DNA of 64,000 nt, taken from positions 8,788 to 72,787 of the forward strand of contig JAXLQU010000020.1 in NCBI GenBank assembly GCA_046331425.1. Direction: 5' to 3'. The notes beneath the pieces are model-generated. The model worked only from the letters and a program-made list of their open reading frames with translations, was not told the origin of the DNA and searched no databases. Numbering within the stretch: the first letter of the stretch is position 1; each line of letters opens with the position of its first letter. The translations under genes and the position numbers were made by a program. Below, piece by piece: positions 39,081-48,873 of the stretch. Source of the DNA: Acidobacteriota bacterium. GTDB lineage: Bacteria > Acidobacteriota > Polarisedimenticolia > J045.

Positions 39081-39200
39081 CAGCCCCTCGTGCGCATGGT
39101 CCGGCCTAGGATAAGCGCAACGTCGTTCAAAGATGGTGGGCGTTCGCCGCTTTTCCAAGGCGAAGTCGACTCGGCGATCCAAGCCGGGCGAGCCCTGGGC

Positions 39201-40028
39201 TCAAAGGTCGATCTTCAGGCCTTCTGAAGCCACCTCGACCTGAGGAAACTCGCGCCGGGCTTCGCTCAGAATGGCATCGAGCTGGTCATCGGTTCGATCG
39301 GGGTCGTGATGAAACAACACCAGCTTGTCGACAGCAGCGCGCTTGGCCAACGCCACCGCGTCGCGCCATGAGCTATGCCCCCAGCCGTGGTGAGCGGCCG
39401 CGTCTTGGGGCGTCCACTGAGCGTCGGCAATCAATGTCGAGGCGCCGTGAGCAAACATTGCGAGCCGTTCGTCGATGGCGCTATCACCGCATTCGTGGTC
39501 GGTCGCAATCACGACCGCGCGCCCCGCATGCTCGAGGCGATACGCGTGCGCCCCCTGGGGGTGATTCAGCGGACACGACTTCACGTGCAGAGGGCCTAAC
39601 TCGACGGTGCTCCCGTCCAGGTCGTGATAGTGGCAGCGTGACTGCACGGCATTCAGCGCGACCGGAAAGAACGGGGCTTGAAGGGCGCGCTCCAAGATCG
39701 ATCGCAGCCCTTCCGCTTCCGATGGAAAACCGTGTAGCTCAAAGGTTCCCGCCGGATCATGCAGCGGCGCAAACAGCGGAAAACCCAGCAGGTGATCCCA
39801 GTGGTAGTGCGTGAAGAACAGATGCCATTTCGAGGCTCCCCCACCCTCGGCACGCCACACCGCCTCGAGCGATTTGAGCCCGCTGCCGGCGTCGATCACC
39901 AACCGCTCGCCCTTGCCCAGCGCGAGATCGAGGCACGTGGTGTTGCCGCCGTAGCGGATGAATGACGGTCCCGCGACGGGCATCGATCCACGCGCGCCAC
40001 GAACCGTCAAGCTGAAGGGCGTCGACAT
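39201..40028 (-). CDS. MBL-fold metallohydrolase (putative cyclic-nucleotide phosphodiesterase/RNase Z-like)
   Basis: GARGSMP...YGGNTTC, IDAGSG, THYHWDH, LNHPQG, GWGHS, LFHHDPDR. Confidence 0.88.
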   Translation of the reverse strand: MSTPFSLTVRGARGSMPVAGPSFIRYGGNTTCLDLALGKGERLVIDAGSGLKSLEAVWRAEGGGASKWHLFFTHYHWDHLLGFPLFAPLHDPAGTFELHGFPSEAEGLRSILERALQAPFFPVALNAVQSRCHYHDLDGSTVELGPLHVKSCPLNHPQGAHAYRLEHAGRAVVIATDHECGDSAIDERLAMFAHGASTLIADAQWTPQDAAAHHGWGHSSWRDAVALAKRAAVDKLVLFHHDPDRTDDQLDAILSEARREFPQVEVASEGLKIDL

Positions 40029-40138
40029 CGCCGGGCATTATCGACGACTCCGGCTCGCCGAAACCTCACACGAAGCGACGAAAAGCAGATCGATCCGGCT
40101 CTAGAATGCCGAGGTTCCAAAGGGTAGGGACCGGAGGT

Positions 40139-41767
40139 ATGAGTCAGATGAGCGTATTGGGTCGCTGGACTCTGGCTGTCGCGCTGTCGGTCGCGGTGCT
40201 TGCACCGACCGGTCGCGCCGCAGAACTGCCTGCGAACTTGGCGGGCGACTCAGAGGCAGCCGGGTTTGCCGACCTGTTCTTCACGCAGGCGCTATTGAAG
40301 TTGTCGGGCGGCGATGTTGCCGGTGCACTGGCATTGGTCGATCGCGCGGTTGCCACCGTGCCGGCCGATGCGACGTACATCTACTTCCGCGGCGTCTGCT
40401 TGACGCGCCTGTCGCGCACCGATGAGGCGATCGAGGCATTTCGCAAGGCTTTGCCGCCGGCCAAGTGCAGCGTGCCCGAGGCGACCGTGCGACTCGATTT
40501 GGGCAGCGCGCTGCTAACCAAGGGCGATCTGGCCAACGCCGAGATCGAGTTGGCCAAAGCGGTGGACCTGGCACCCGAAAATGGTCGTACGCGATTCACT
40601 CATGGACTTGCCTTGCTGCGGGCCGAGAAGTACGACGAAGGGTTGAAGGAGATCGATCGCGCCACCGGGCTCGACGCCACGCTCGAGCCGGAAGGGGCGT
40701 TCTACAAAGGGATCGCAGCGTACCGCGCCGGTAACTTGGACGAGGCCAAGGAACAGTTCAATCGCGCGCAGGCACTCAACACCGAAGCCGGGGTCAACGC
40801 CGCTGCGTGGTTGAACGCACTGAAAGAGGCGGCCACGTTCTCGCAACCGCCCGCTTGGGAAGCGCGACTGTCGCTCGGTTTCGATTGGGATGACAACCCC
40901 GCGCAACTCACGAACGATTTGATTGCGATCCAACAGTTTCTGGGTGATGACGTCAAGGACACGCGCAGTTCGGCGCAGCTACGCGGCAGTTGGTTGCCTG
41001 TGCGCGATCGCGGTGGCTACACGCTGCAACTCACCGCGCTTGGGTACGCCAATCGTCACGCCGACTTCGATAACCTCGATTCCGACGGGTGGGGCGCGTT
41101 CGTTGGGCTGGCCCGCGGTGTGAATCCGCTAGGATTCATGAACGGCCCGTTGGGGTACGTAAGGGTGCCGACGCGCGACGGCGGATTCGGCTGGTTGCTG
41201 CAAGCCGGTGCCAATCGCTTCAACCTCGACGGTGAGAAGCTGCGCAGCGACCTGTCCGGCGACATCAGCCTGTTCCTCAACTCAGCCTCGATCGGCGTCA
41301 CACAATTGGACCTGCAGTATGAAGATCGCACCTTCGAACCGGTGGCAATCGAGGGACTCTCGGGCGGAGCGTTCACGGCAAGGCTCTCTCAACAGATCTG
41401 GCTCGGCGCCAACCCCTCGCGCTTTATTCGCGCGTCGATTGCCTGGACCGATCACAACCCCGACGACAGCGGCCTGAAGCGAACCGAACGCCAAATCGCC
41501 GCGGAAATGGCCTGGCCGCTCGGAAAACGCTGGACGCTGTTTGCGTACGGCGCGCGCACGCGCACCCACTTCGACAGCTTCGAAGGGTTGGAACGGATCG
41601 ATCGCCGCTTCGAGTTGAAGGGCTCGGTCGCGTTCGCGATCACACGCTGGATGTACCTGTCGGCGCGCTACGGTACGACGCAGTTCACGGTCGACCCCAG
41701 CGTGCTGGGCGCCAATCTCGATTTCGATCGCAAGGTCGGATCGTTCAACGTCAACTTTCACTGGTAG
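40139..41767 (+). CDS. TPR-containing outer-membrane beta-barrel protein (Slam/DUF560-like architecture)
   Basis: GGAGG SD; signal peptide; N-terminal TPRs; C-terminal strands ending FNVNFHW. Confidence 0.75.
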   Translation: MSQMSVLGRWTLAVALSVAVLAPTGRAAELPANLAGDSEAAGFADLFFTQALLKLSGGDVAGALALVDRAVATVPADATYIYFRGVCLTRLSRTDEAIEAFRKALPPAKCSVPEATVRLDLGSALLTKGDLANAEIELAKAVDLAPENGRTRFTHGLALLRAEKYDEGLKEIDRATGLDATLEPEGAFYKGIAAYRAGNLDEAKEQFNRAQALNTEAGVNAAAWLNALKEAATFSQPPAWEARLSLGFDWDDNPAQLTNDLIAIQQFLGDDVKDTRSSAQLRGSWLPVRDRGGYTLQLTALGYANRHADFDNLDSDGWGAFVGLARGVNPLGFMNGPLGYVRVPTRDGGFGWLLQAGANRFNLDGEKLRSDLSGDISLFLNSASIGVTQLDLQYEDRTFEPVAIEGLSGGAFTARLSQQIWLGANPSRFIRASIAWTDHNPDDSGLKRTERQIAAEMAWPLGKRWTLFAYGARTRTHFDSFEGLERIDRRFELKGSVAFAITRWMYLSARYGTTQFTVDPSVLGANLDFDRKVGSFNVNFHW

Positions 41768-41778
41768 GCGGAGACACC

Positions 41779-42627
41779 ATGCGCCGCTTGATTGTTTTGA
41801 TTGTCGTACTGACCACAGGACTTGCTTGGGCTACCGAGGTGGGTCGCTTTGCGTTCGTGCAGAAGGAGGTGAACTCCTTCAAGCCGAGCGTCACCGAACC
41901 GGTGCAAGCCAAGGCTGGTGATGCGGTGGTTGTCGGCGAACGTGAGGTCACGGGCGCCGCGTCGGGGGCGAAGCTCCTTTTCGGCGAGGGCGGCGTGGTC
42001 TCGCTCGGGGCCAACACCTCGTTCGCGGTCTCGCAGTTGGCTGTCGATCAAGCCACCGGCAAGAACACCAGCTCGCTGTCGGTGTTGTTTGGCAAAGCGC
42101 GTGTGTTTCTTTCGCGCTTTTGGTCGGATCGCCCCGAGGTCAAGATCGATCAACCGACGGCGGTGGTTGGCATCAAGGGGACCGAGGTGGGACTCGAACA
42201 GTTCCGCGATGGACGCTTGACGATCACCTGCTACGGCGGCACGGCAGGCGTTCTAACGAAGGCAACGCCCCCGCAGACGTTCGAGTTGCGCGAAGGGATG
42301 CAGCTCAAGCTCGACGCGTCGGGGAAACCGGTCGGCCCACCGTCGACACTCTCGGCGGCCGAACTCGATGCGCTGCGCAATAGCGTCGACATCATCGCCG
42401 ACGGTGCCGGCGGCGGCGTCTCGGGTGGCCAACGCGCGATGGCGGCGCCATCGCCCAGCGACATCGCGTCGCAGTTCAGCGGACTGGGGAGCACAGCGGG
42501 TCGCGCGGCGGTGAACACATCGTCGAACTCGGCGAACGGTGGCGCGTGGTCCGATCCCGCCGGCACGTTGCTGCCGCCTCCCGTCGACTCGGGTTGCAAC
42601 TGCGATCAAGGCGGGCGAGGCAACTGA
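41779..42627 (+). CDS. Exported FecR-domain protein
   Basis: Signal peptide; TGAASGAKLLFGEGGVVSLGANT and QPTAVVGIKGT FecR-type motifs; low-complexity tail. Confidence 0.85.
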   Translation: MRRLIVLIVVLTTGLAWATEVGRFAFVQKEVNSFKPSVTEPVQAKAGDAVVVGEREVTGAASGAKLLFGEGGVVSLGANTSFAVSQLAVDQATGKNTSSLSVLFGKARVFLSRFWSDRPEVKIDQPTAVVGIKGTEVGLEQFRDGRLTITCYGGTAGVLTKATPPQTFELREGMQLKLDASGKPVGPPSTLSAAELDALRNSVDIIADGAGGGVSGGQRAMAAPSPSDIASQFSGLGSTAGRAAVNTSSNSANGGAWSDPAGTLLPPPVDSGCNCDQGGRGN

Positions 42628-42654
42628 CGCGGTGAGCCGCCCCGCGGGCTGTCG

Positions 42655-44733
42655 TTGAAACGCTCTCGCTTGTGGATCGGACCGACGCTCGGCCTGTTGG
42701 TCGCGCTCTTGGTTTTGCCCTTGATGCGCACCACGCTGTTCGCCGGCTTCGAGAGCAAGACGGTCGACGCGCGCATGCGCTGGAGCCGCGGTCAGCAAGC
42801 CGACGACAGAATCGTGGTGGTGGCGGTCGATCCGGAATCGATCAATCAACTCGGTCGATGGCCGTGGCCGCGCTCCACGGTCGCCGAATTGGTTCGACGC
42901 ATTCACCAGGGCGGCGCCAGCGTGATCGCGCTGGACATGATCTTCAGCGAACCGACGCGCGGTGACAGCACCGAGGACGATGCACTCGCCGCGGCGATCC
43001 GCGACGCGGGGAATGTTGTTCCTGGCTTTTTCCTTCGCCTTCAAGCCGATCTCACGAAGCCACCGGTTCTCCCCTCGCCGATCGAGAGCGCGATCCAACC
43101 GCAAGCGGGGTTTCCCGGCATTCGCCGCTACGGAGGGATCGAGACGCAGTTGCCGGCAATCACCGAAGCGGCGCCGCAAGGTGGCCACTTCGTCGCGCGC
43201 GAGGATTCCGACGGCACCATCCGTCACTACCCGCTGGTGCTGTCGTACGACGACGCGCTGTATCCGGCGCTGGCCTTGCGCGCGGTGCAACGTCAACTCG
43301 GCAATCCGCCGATCGCGGTGACACCGGTTCAATCTGTTGTGCCGCAACTGACCTTGGGTGAGAAGAGCATCCCGATCGACGAGAGCGGCGAGTTGTGGAT
43401 CAACTGGATCGCACCGTGGAAGGCGTTTAAGTACGTCCCTGCGGCTGCGGTGCTCAACGGCACCGCCGACCCATCTGCACTTCGCGACAAGCTCGTGTTC
43501 GTGGGTTTCACCGAAACCGGCCTGGCCGACTCGATCACCTCCCCGTGGGATACGGCGATCCCCGGGGTCGAAGTGCATGCGATGGTGGCCGATAACCTGC
43601 TTAGGCATCGATTCGTGCGCGATGGAGCGCTCGAGTTGGCCTGGTCGATGGTCGCAACGCTGTTGCTTGGTGCACTGTGCGGTATGTCGGCAACCTGGAC
43701 GCGCCGGCCATTGATGGGCGCACTGCTGGGTGCGCTGGTGTTGTCAGGCTATCTCGTGTTGGCACAGCAGGCGTTTCAGTTTGGCGCTCGACACTTGCAA
43801 CTATTCTTGCCGCTGATCGCCGGGGCCGCAGCATTCACCGCCAGCACCGTCTGGCGCAACGTGTTTGCCGAGGCGCGCGCCAAACAGATTCGCCGCGTCT
43901 TTTCACAGTACGTCTCCCCTGCAATCGTCGATGAGATGTTGAAAGACCCGGACGCCGTGCGTTTGGGCGGAGAGCGGCGTGAGTTGACGGTGCTGTTTGC
44001 CGATATTCGTGGCTTCACGTCATTGGCAGAGACCATGCCGCCGGAGCAAACCGTCTCGCTGCTGCAGGAATACCTCACACCGATGACGCAGCTCATCCAG
44101 GCGCAGGGCGGAACGCTCGACAAGTACATGGGTGACGGGATCATGGCGTTCTTCGGCGCACCGGTGGCGCAGACCGATCATGCGCCGCGCGCCGCCGCGG
44201 CGGCGCTGGCGATGCGCGCGGCGCTCGATGACTTGAACAAGGGCTGGGACGCGCGCGGACTGCCGGAGATTCGTTGCGGGATCGGACTCAACAGCGGGCC
44301 GATGGCGGTCGGCAACATCGGATCGTCGATGATCTTCGACTACACGGTGATTGGCGACAATGTCAACTTGGGCTCGCGCATCGAAGGGCTGACACGCACG
44401 TACGGTGTGGATGTGATCGTCAGCGCAACGACCGCCGAGCTGCTGTCGGAGAGCCTGGTGATGCGTGAGCTCGATGCGGTTCGCGTCAAAGGGCGGCGAG
44501 AGCCGGTGCAGATTTTCGAATTGACCCCTCCCGGCGAGCTTTCGCAGCAATTCCGGGCGGCGTACGCAGAAGGGCTGCGGCTATATCGGGCGCGTCGATT
44601 TGCTGCCGCACGGGTCGAGTTCGAAGCGGCGCGTGGTGAGCGGCCCGCCGACCTCCCCTGCCAGCTCTTCATCAAACGATGTCGATCGTATGAACTCGAC
44701 CCGCCCGACAGCGACTGGGACACCGTCTCGTAG
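42655..44733 (+). CDS. CHASE2-domain class III adenylate cyclase
   Basis: LGRWPWPR and PGVEVHA (CHASE2); three TM; LFADIRGFT, DKYMGDG, YTVIGDNVNLGSRIEG (K/T pair indicates ATP). Confidence 0.92.
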   Translation: MKRSRLWIGPTLGLLVALLVLPLMRTTLFAGFESKTVDARMRWSRGQQADDRIVVVAVDPESINQLGRWPWPRSTVAELVRRIHQGGASVIALDMIFSEPTRGDSTEDDALAAAIRDAGNVVPGFFLRLQADLTKPPVLPSPIESAIQPQAGFPGIRRYGGIETQLPAITEAAPQGGHFVAREDSDGTIRHYPLVLSYDDALYPALALRAVQRQLGNPPIAVTPVQSVVPQLTLGEKSIPIDESGELWINWIAPWKAFKYVPAAAVLNGTADPSALRDKLVFVGFTETGLADSITSPWDTAIPGVEVHAMVADNLLRHRFVRDGALELAWSMVATLLLGALCGMSATWTRRPLMGALLGALVLSGYLVLAQQAFQFGARHLQLFLPLIAGAAAFTASTVWRNVFAEARAKQIRRVFSQYVSPAIVDEMLKDPDAVRLGGERRELTVLFADIRGFTSLAETMPPEQTVSLLQEYLTPMTQLIQAQGGTLDKYMGDGIMAFFGAPVAQTDHAPRAAAAALAMRAALDDLNKGWDARGLPEIRCGIGLNSGPMAVGNIGSSMIFDYTVIGDNVNLGSRIEGLTRTYGVDVIVSATTAELLSESLVMRELDAVRVKGRREPVQIFELTPPGELSQQFRAAYAEGLRLYRARRFAAARVEFEAARGERPADLPCQLFIKRCRSYELDPPDSDWDTVS

Positions 44734-44780
44734 CAACGACACCAAGCCGCGGTGACGAGCCGTCACTCGGCGTCAGCGTC

Positions 44781-45584
44781 TCAATAGCGCGTGATTACTT
44801 TGGTCACTCCGCCGCACTGCACTGTCAGATGCCCCTCACTCAAACGTGCCGGAGCGTTGCGGCAACTCCGATCGGTGGGTCCGATCACCGAATCACCCAA
44901 ATTGTCCCGCTCGTCCAGCTCGCGCAATCGATCGGTAACGTCGATCTTGAGAATCAAGAACTTCCCGGTCACGCTTTGGTCCGGTTTGAGCCGCTTGACG
45001 ATTCGTTTCTCGAAAACCTGGTCCGGGCCGATCGACTCGGTAAGGAAGCGCGTGATCGTGCGGTCCTTCGCGTCGAGCTTGGTGTCATCCGACAAATAAA
45101 CCTGCACCGCCACCGGGCAGCCACACAATGTCCCGTTGTTCGCGATCGCGGCGATTGCGTCGATGACACAGGTGTTGGAGTCGGCGTTGCAGATCTGTTC
45201 GGCAGTGATGAACCCGCCCAACAGATTGGCAGCATCGAGAATGTTGATCGTCACCGTCGCCGTGTCCGGCACACCCCCCTGCAACGGGGTCAATGTGTAG
45301 TTGAAACTGGTGGTGCCGACAAAGCCGTCGTTGGCGATGAAGATGAACTCACCGGGGAGTTGTCCTGCAACCAGATCGCCGTGCGCGGGGCGCGTGACAT
45401 CGGTGATGTTGGTGACCCCAACCTCGAACGTATCGTTGGCCAGCACGTCGATCGTGACCGAACCGTTGCGTGGACAAACCGCGCGGTCATCGCGTGCGTC
45501 CAGAGTAATTTGCTGTGCTTGGGCCGGACCGAGCAGGGCTGCGCAGGCCAGCGAGAGCAGCGAGATCGAGCTGATTCGAGTCAT
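44781..45584 (-). CDS. Exported protein with cadherin-like Ig (Big_9) and CARDB domains
   Basis: ARDD...IDVLAND...P.HG...F.G...F.YT and IDVTDRLRELDERDN; ATGA overlap with the TerC gene. Confidence 0.75.
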   Translation of the reverse strand: MTRISSISLLSLACAALLGPAQAQQITLDARDDRAVCPRNGSVTIDVLANDTFEVGVTNITDVTRPAHGDLVAGQLPGEFIFIANDGFVGTTSFNYTLTPLQGGVPDTATVTINILDAANLLGGFITAEQICNADSNTCVIDAIAAIANNGTLCGCPVAVQVYLSDDTKLDAKDRTITRFLTESIGPDQVFEKRIVKRLKPDQSVTGKFLILKIDVTDRLRELDERDNLGDSVIGPTDRSCRNAPARLSEGHLTVQCGGVTKVITRY

Positions 45585-46327
45585 GGGGTTTCCTTCCTCT
45601 CGTGCAGCTTAACCGGTGGGGACTTCTTTCGCAGTCGCATGTTGATCATTTCCACAAACAAAGAGAACGCCATCGCGAAGTAGATGTACCCCTTGTTGAT
45701 GTGAGTTCCCATCGACTCGGCCACCAGCATGGTGCCGATCAATAGCAGGAACGAGAGCGCCAGGACCTTGATGCTGGGATGGCGCTCGACAAAGCCGCCC
45801 ACCGCGTTCATCGCCAGCATCATGGCCACCATCGCAATCGTCATCGCGACCACCATGATCGGAACGTGACTTGCCATCCCGACCGCGGTGATCACCGAGT
45901 CGAGCGAGAACACGATATCCAGAACGGCGATCTGCATCAGAATCACCATCGCCTTCTTCCCGCGCTCTGCGGCGGAGGCTCCGTCGTGCGGATCGGCCTC
46001 CAGCTTCTCGTAAATCTCCCAAGTCGCCTTGAACATCAGAAACAGGCCGCCGCCGAGCAAGATCAGATCACGACCGCTCCAGTCCTTGCCCAACAGCGAA
46101 AACCAGGGCGCAGTCAGCGACATCAGCGTGCTCAGAAAGAGCAGCAGAATGATTCTTGTCCCGAGGGCCAACAACAACCCGAGGCGGCGAATTCTGGGCT
46201 GCTGATCTTTCGGCAACTTGCCGGTTAGAATCGCGATGAAAACGATGTTGTCGACACCGAGGACGATCTCCATGAGGGAGAGCGTCACCAGTGAGATGAG
46301 TCCGTCGGCGGTAAGAAATCCTTCCAT
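45581..46327 (-). CDS. TerC family membrane protein
   Basis: MEIVLGVDNIVFI, DIVFSLDSVITAVG, YIYFAMAFS. Confidence 0.92.
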   Translation of the reverse strand: MEGFLTADGLISLVTLSLMEIVLGVDNIVFIAILTGKLPKDQQPRIRRLGLLLALGTRIILLLFLSTLMSLTAPWFSLLGKDWSGRDLILLGGGLFLMFKATWEIYEKLEADPHDGASAAERGKKAMVILMQIAVLDIVFSLDSVITAVGMASHVPIMVVAMTIAMVAMMLAMNAVGGFVERHPSIKVLALSFLLLIGTMLVAESMGTHINKGYIYFAMAFSLFVEMINMRLRKKSPPVKLHERKETP

Positions 46328-46428
46328 GGGTCGGGGATGCTAGCAGGGATCGACCCCAAGAAGGCTGGGCCGCCGGGCCGCTCAATATCGAGTTTTGCAC
46401 CGTAAGGTCGGATCCAGGACGTCATCAG

Positions 46429-48723
46429 ATGACTTCAGCGCGCGACCCGGTTTGCGGCATGACGGTCGATCTCGAGACGGTCTCCCATCGGTTGGAGCAC
46501 GAGGGGACGACCTACGGCTTTTGTCACGTCGGATGCCTCGAAAAGTTCCGACGCGATCCGCTTCGGTACTCGAGCCCCGAGGCTGCACCGACGCAACAGG
46601 ATGCTCACCCCTCGGGAACGTTGTGGACCTGCCCGATGGACCCGGAGGTGGTGCAGGATCACCCAGGCAGTTGCCCCAAATGTGGAATGGCGCTCGAGCC
46701 CGCGGTGCCGACTCTTCATACCGGCCCCGATCCGGAGCTCGTTTCGATGCGTCGGCGCACGCTGTTGGGTGCTTTGTTGACCGCTCCCGTCGTCGCGCTG
46801 GGAATGATCGAGCATTTGGTACCGCAGGCCTTCGGTGGCAGCGCAGCACCGCGCGTCGCCCAAGCGCTGTTCACCACGCCGGTTGTACTGTGGTGCGGCA
46901 ACCCATTGTTGCGGCGCGCCATCGATTCGTTGCGCAATCGGTCCGCCAACATGTTCACCCTGATCTCCATGGGCGTCGTGGCCGCATTCGGCTACTCCTT
47001 CGTCGCGCTGATAGCGCCGCAGTCGATTCCGAGCGCACTCGGCCGAGATCACGGTGCGCCGACGCTGTACTTCGAGGCTGCAGCGACGATCGTGACCCTT
47101 GCGTTGTTGGGGCAAGTGCTCGAACTCTCGGCGCGGGCTCGGACCGGCGACGCGTTGCGCTCGCTACTTTCTCGCGCGCCGAGTATCGCGCGCCGCATGG
47201 GAAACGACCTCAGCGAACGCGACATCGCGATCGACGAGGTCCGTCCTGGCGATCGACTTCGCGTGCGCCCCGGCGAGCAGGTTCCGGTCGATGGGGTGGT
47301 GATGCGCGGGAACAGTTCGATCGATGCCTCGCTACTCACGGGCGAATCGTGGCCGCAGCCGGTGACCGCGGGCGACGTTGTCTACGGTGGAACGCTGAAT
47401 GTCGATGGCGCGCTGGTGGTGCGCGCGACCGGCACCGGCCACGACAGTTTGTTGCGCAGGATCGTGACGCTGGTGGCCGAAGCGCAGCGCAGCCGCGCCC
47501 CCGTGCAGCGGGTTGCCGATCGCGTTTCAGCCTGGTTTGTTCCACTCGTGATCGGCGCTGCTGCCGTTGCCTTTTTGATTTGGTACAGCGTGGGGCCGCA
47601 GCCGCGGCTATCGCACGCGCTGGTGGCGGCCGTGTCGATACTGATCGTGGCCTGTCCCTGCGCACTCGGGCTGGCCACGCCGATGTCGATTGCGGTGGGC
47701 GCGGGGCGCGGAGCACAGGCCGGCATCTTGGTGCGCGACGCCGCCGCGCTGGAGGCGTTGGCCAGTGCGGACGTGGTGTTCATCGACAAGACCGGCACGT
47801 TGACGCGAGGTACGCCGCAAATCGTGCAGATTGTGGCGGCCGCGGGCGAGAACGAATCCGAGGCGCTCTCACGTGCCACAGGTTTGGCGCGCAACTCGAC
47901 CCATCCGCTGAGCGCTGCGATCCAACATGCCGCGCGCGCGGCCGCGATCATGCCTGCGAACATCGAGGCAGTGGAGGCGGTCCCTGGTCGCGGACTGCAG
48001 GCCGAGCACGACGGTGCGACGCTGCGACTTGGATCGAGACTCTGGCTCGAGGAGTGCGGTGTCGATCTCAGCCCGCTGCACGACGCGATGCAGCGCGTGC
48101 AGCAAGCCGCGCGGAGCGTCGTCTTGTTGGCCCGCGATCGAACCGTGGTTGCGTTGTTCGCCGCCGAAGATCCGCTGCGTGAGTCGAGCGCCGACGCGGT
48201 GCGAACGCTCCAGCGCGACGGCATCCACGTTGCGATGATCACGGGCGATGTCGCCGAGGTCGCGGTCGATGTGGCGCATCGCGTTGGGATTCAAGACGTG
48301 ACTGCCGGTGCACGACCCGACCAGAAGGTCGCCGCGGTCGAACGGGCGCGCCGCCAAGGTCATACGGTGGTAATGGTCGGTGATGGAATCAACGATGCTC
48401 CAGCCTTGGCGGCAGCGGCCTGCGGGATCGCCATGAGCACCGGTTCGGACGCGGCGATGCGCAGCGCCGGAATCACGCTCTTGCATGGCGACCTATCGCG
48501 CCTGGTCAAAGCGCGAGCGCTGGCCAGGGGTGTGATGCGCAACATTCGGCAGAACCTGTTCTGGGCGTTCGCCTACAACGCGCTGGGCGTGCCGCTCGCA
48601 GCCGGAGTTCTGTACCCCCTGTGGGGGGTCGGTTTCGACCCGATCGTCGCGGCACTCGCAATGACGTTCAGTTCGGTGACCGTAATCGGGAACGCCCTGA
48701 GATTGCGCCGACTGTCACTCTGA
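46429..48723 (+). CDS. copA: Cu(I)/Ag(I)-translocating P1B-type ATPase with N-terminal YHS and heavy-metal-binding domains
   Basis: DPVCGM, CPMDP...CPKCGM, TGES, ACPCALGLATP, DKTGT, HP, GDGIND, YN and MxxSS motifs. Confidence 0.9.
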   Translation: MTSARDPVCGMTVDLETVSHRLEHEGTTYGFCHVGCLEKFRRDPLRYSSPEAAPTQQDAHPSGTLWTCPMDPEVVQDHPGSCPKCGMALEPAVPTLHTGPDPELVSMRRRTLLGALLTAPVVALGMIEHLVPQAFGGSAAPRVAQALFTTPVVLWCGNPLLRRAIDSLRNRSANMFTLISMGVVAAFGYSFVALIAPQSIPSALGRDHGAPTLYFEAAATIVTLALLGQVLELSARARTGDALRSLLSRAPSIARRMGNDLSERDIAIDEVRPGDRLRVRPGEQVPVDGVVMRGNSSIDASLLTGESWPQPVTAGDVVYGGTLNVDGALVVRATGTGHDSLLRRIVTLVAEAQRSRAPVQRVADRVSAWFVPLVIGAAAVAFLIWYSVGPQPRLSHALVAAVSILIVACPCALGLATPMSIAVGAGRGAQAGILVRDAAALEALASADVVFIDKTGTLTRGTPQIVQIVAAAGENESEALSRATGLARNSTHPLSAAIQHAARAAAIMPANIEAVEAVPGRGLQAEHDGATLRLGSRLWLEECGVDLSPLHDAMQRVQQAARSVVLLARDRTVVALFAAEDPLRESSADAVRTLQRDGIHVAMITGDVAEVAVDVAHRVGIQDVTAGARPDQKVAAVERARRQGHTVVMVGDGINDAPALAAAACGIAMSTGSDAAMRSAGITLLHGDLSRLVKARALARGVMRNIRQNLFWAFAYNALGVPLAAGVLYPLWGVGFDPIVAALAMTFSSVTVIGNALRLRRLSL

Positions 48724-48873
48724 ATCATGAGTTTCGGGCCTTCTGGGCCTGTTCGTGCTGATTCCATCCTGCCTTCCGGCCCGGACCGGTCGCACGTCGC
48801 CTATCATTTGCAAAACGCCCGGGCGTGGTCTTAACTCCCGTCCGCCTAATAGGGATTGGGTCAAGGAGCAGAG

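Noticed and set aside
39085-39200. CRP-type site upstream of the cytochrome, which would link it to the cyclase
   Set aside because: No TGTGA-N6-TCACA match found by eye; only a short TTCGCC/GGCGAA hairpin
46328-46428. yybP-ykoY Mn riboswitch upstream of terC
   Set aside because: The short divergent intergenic region lacks recognisable conserved elements
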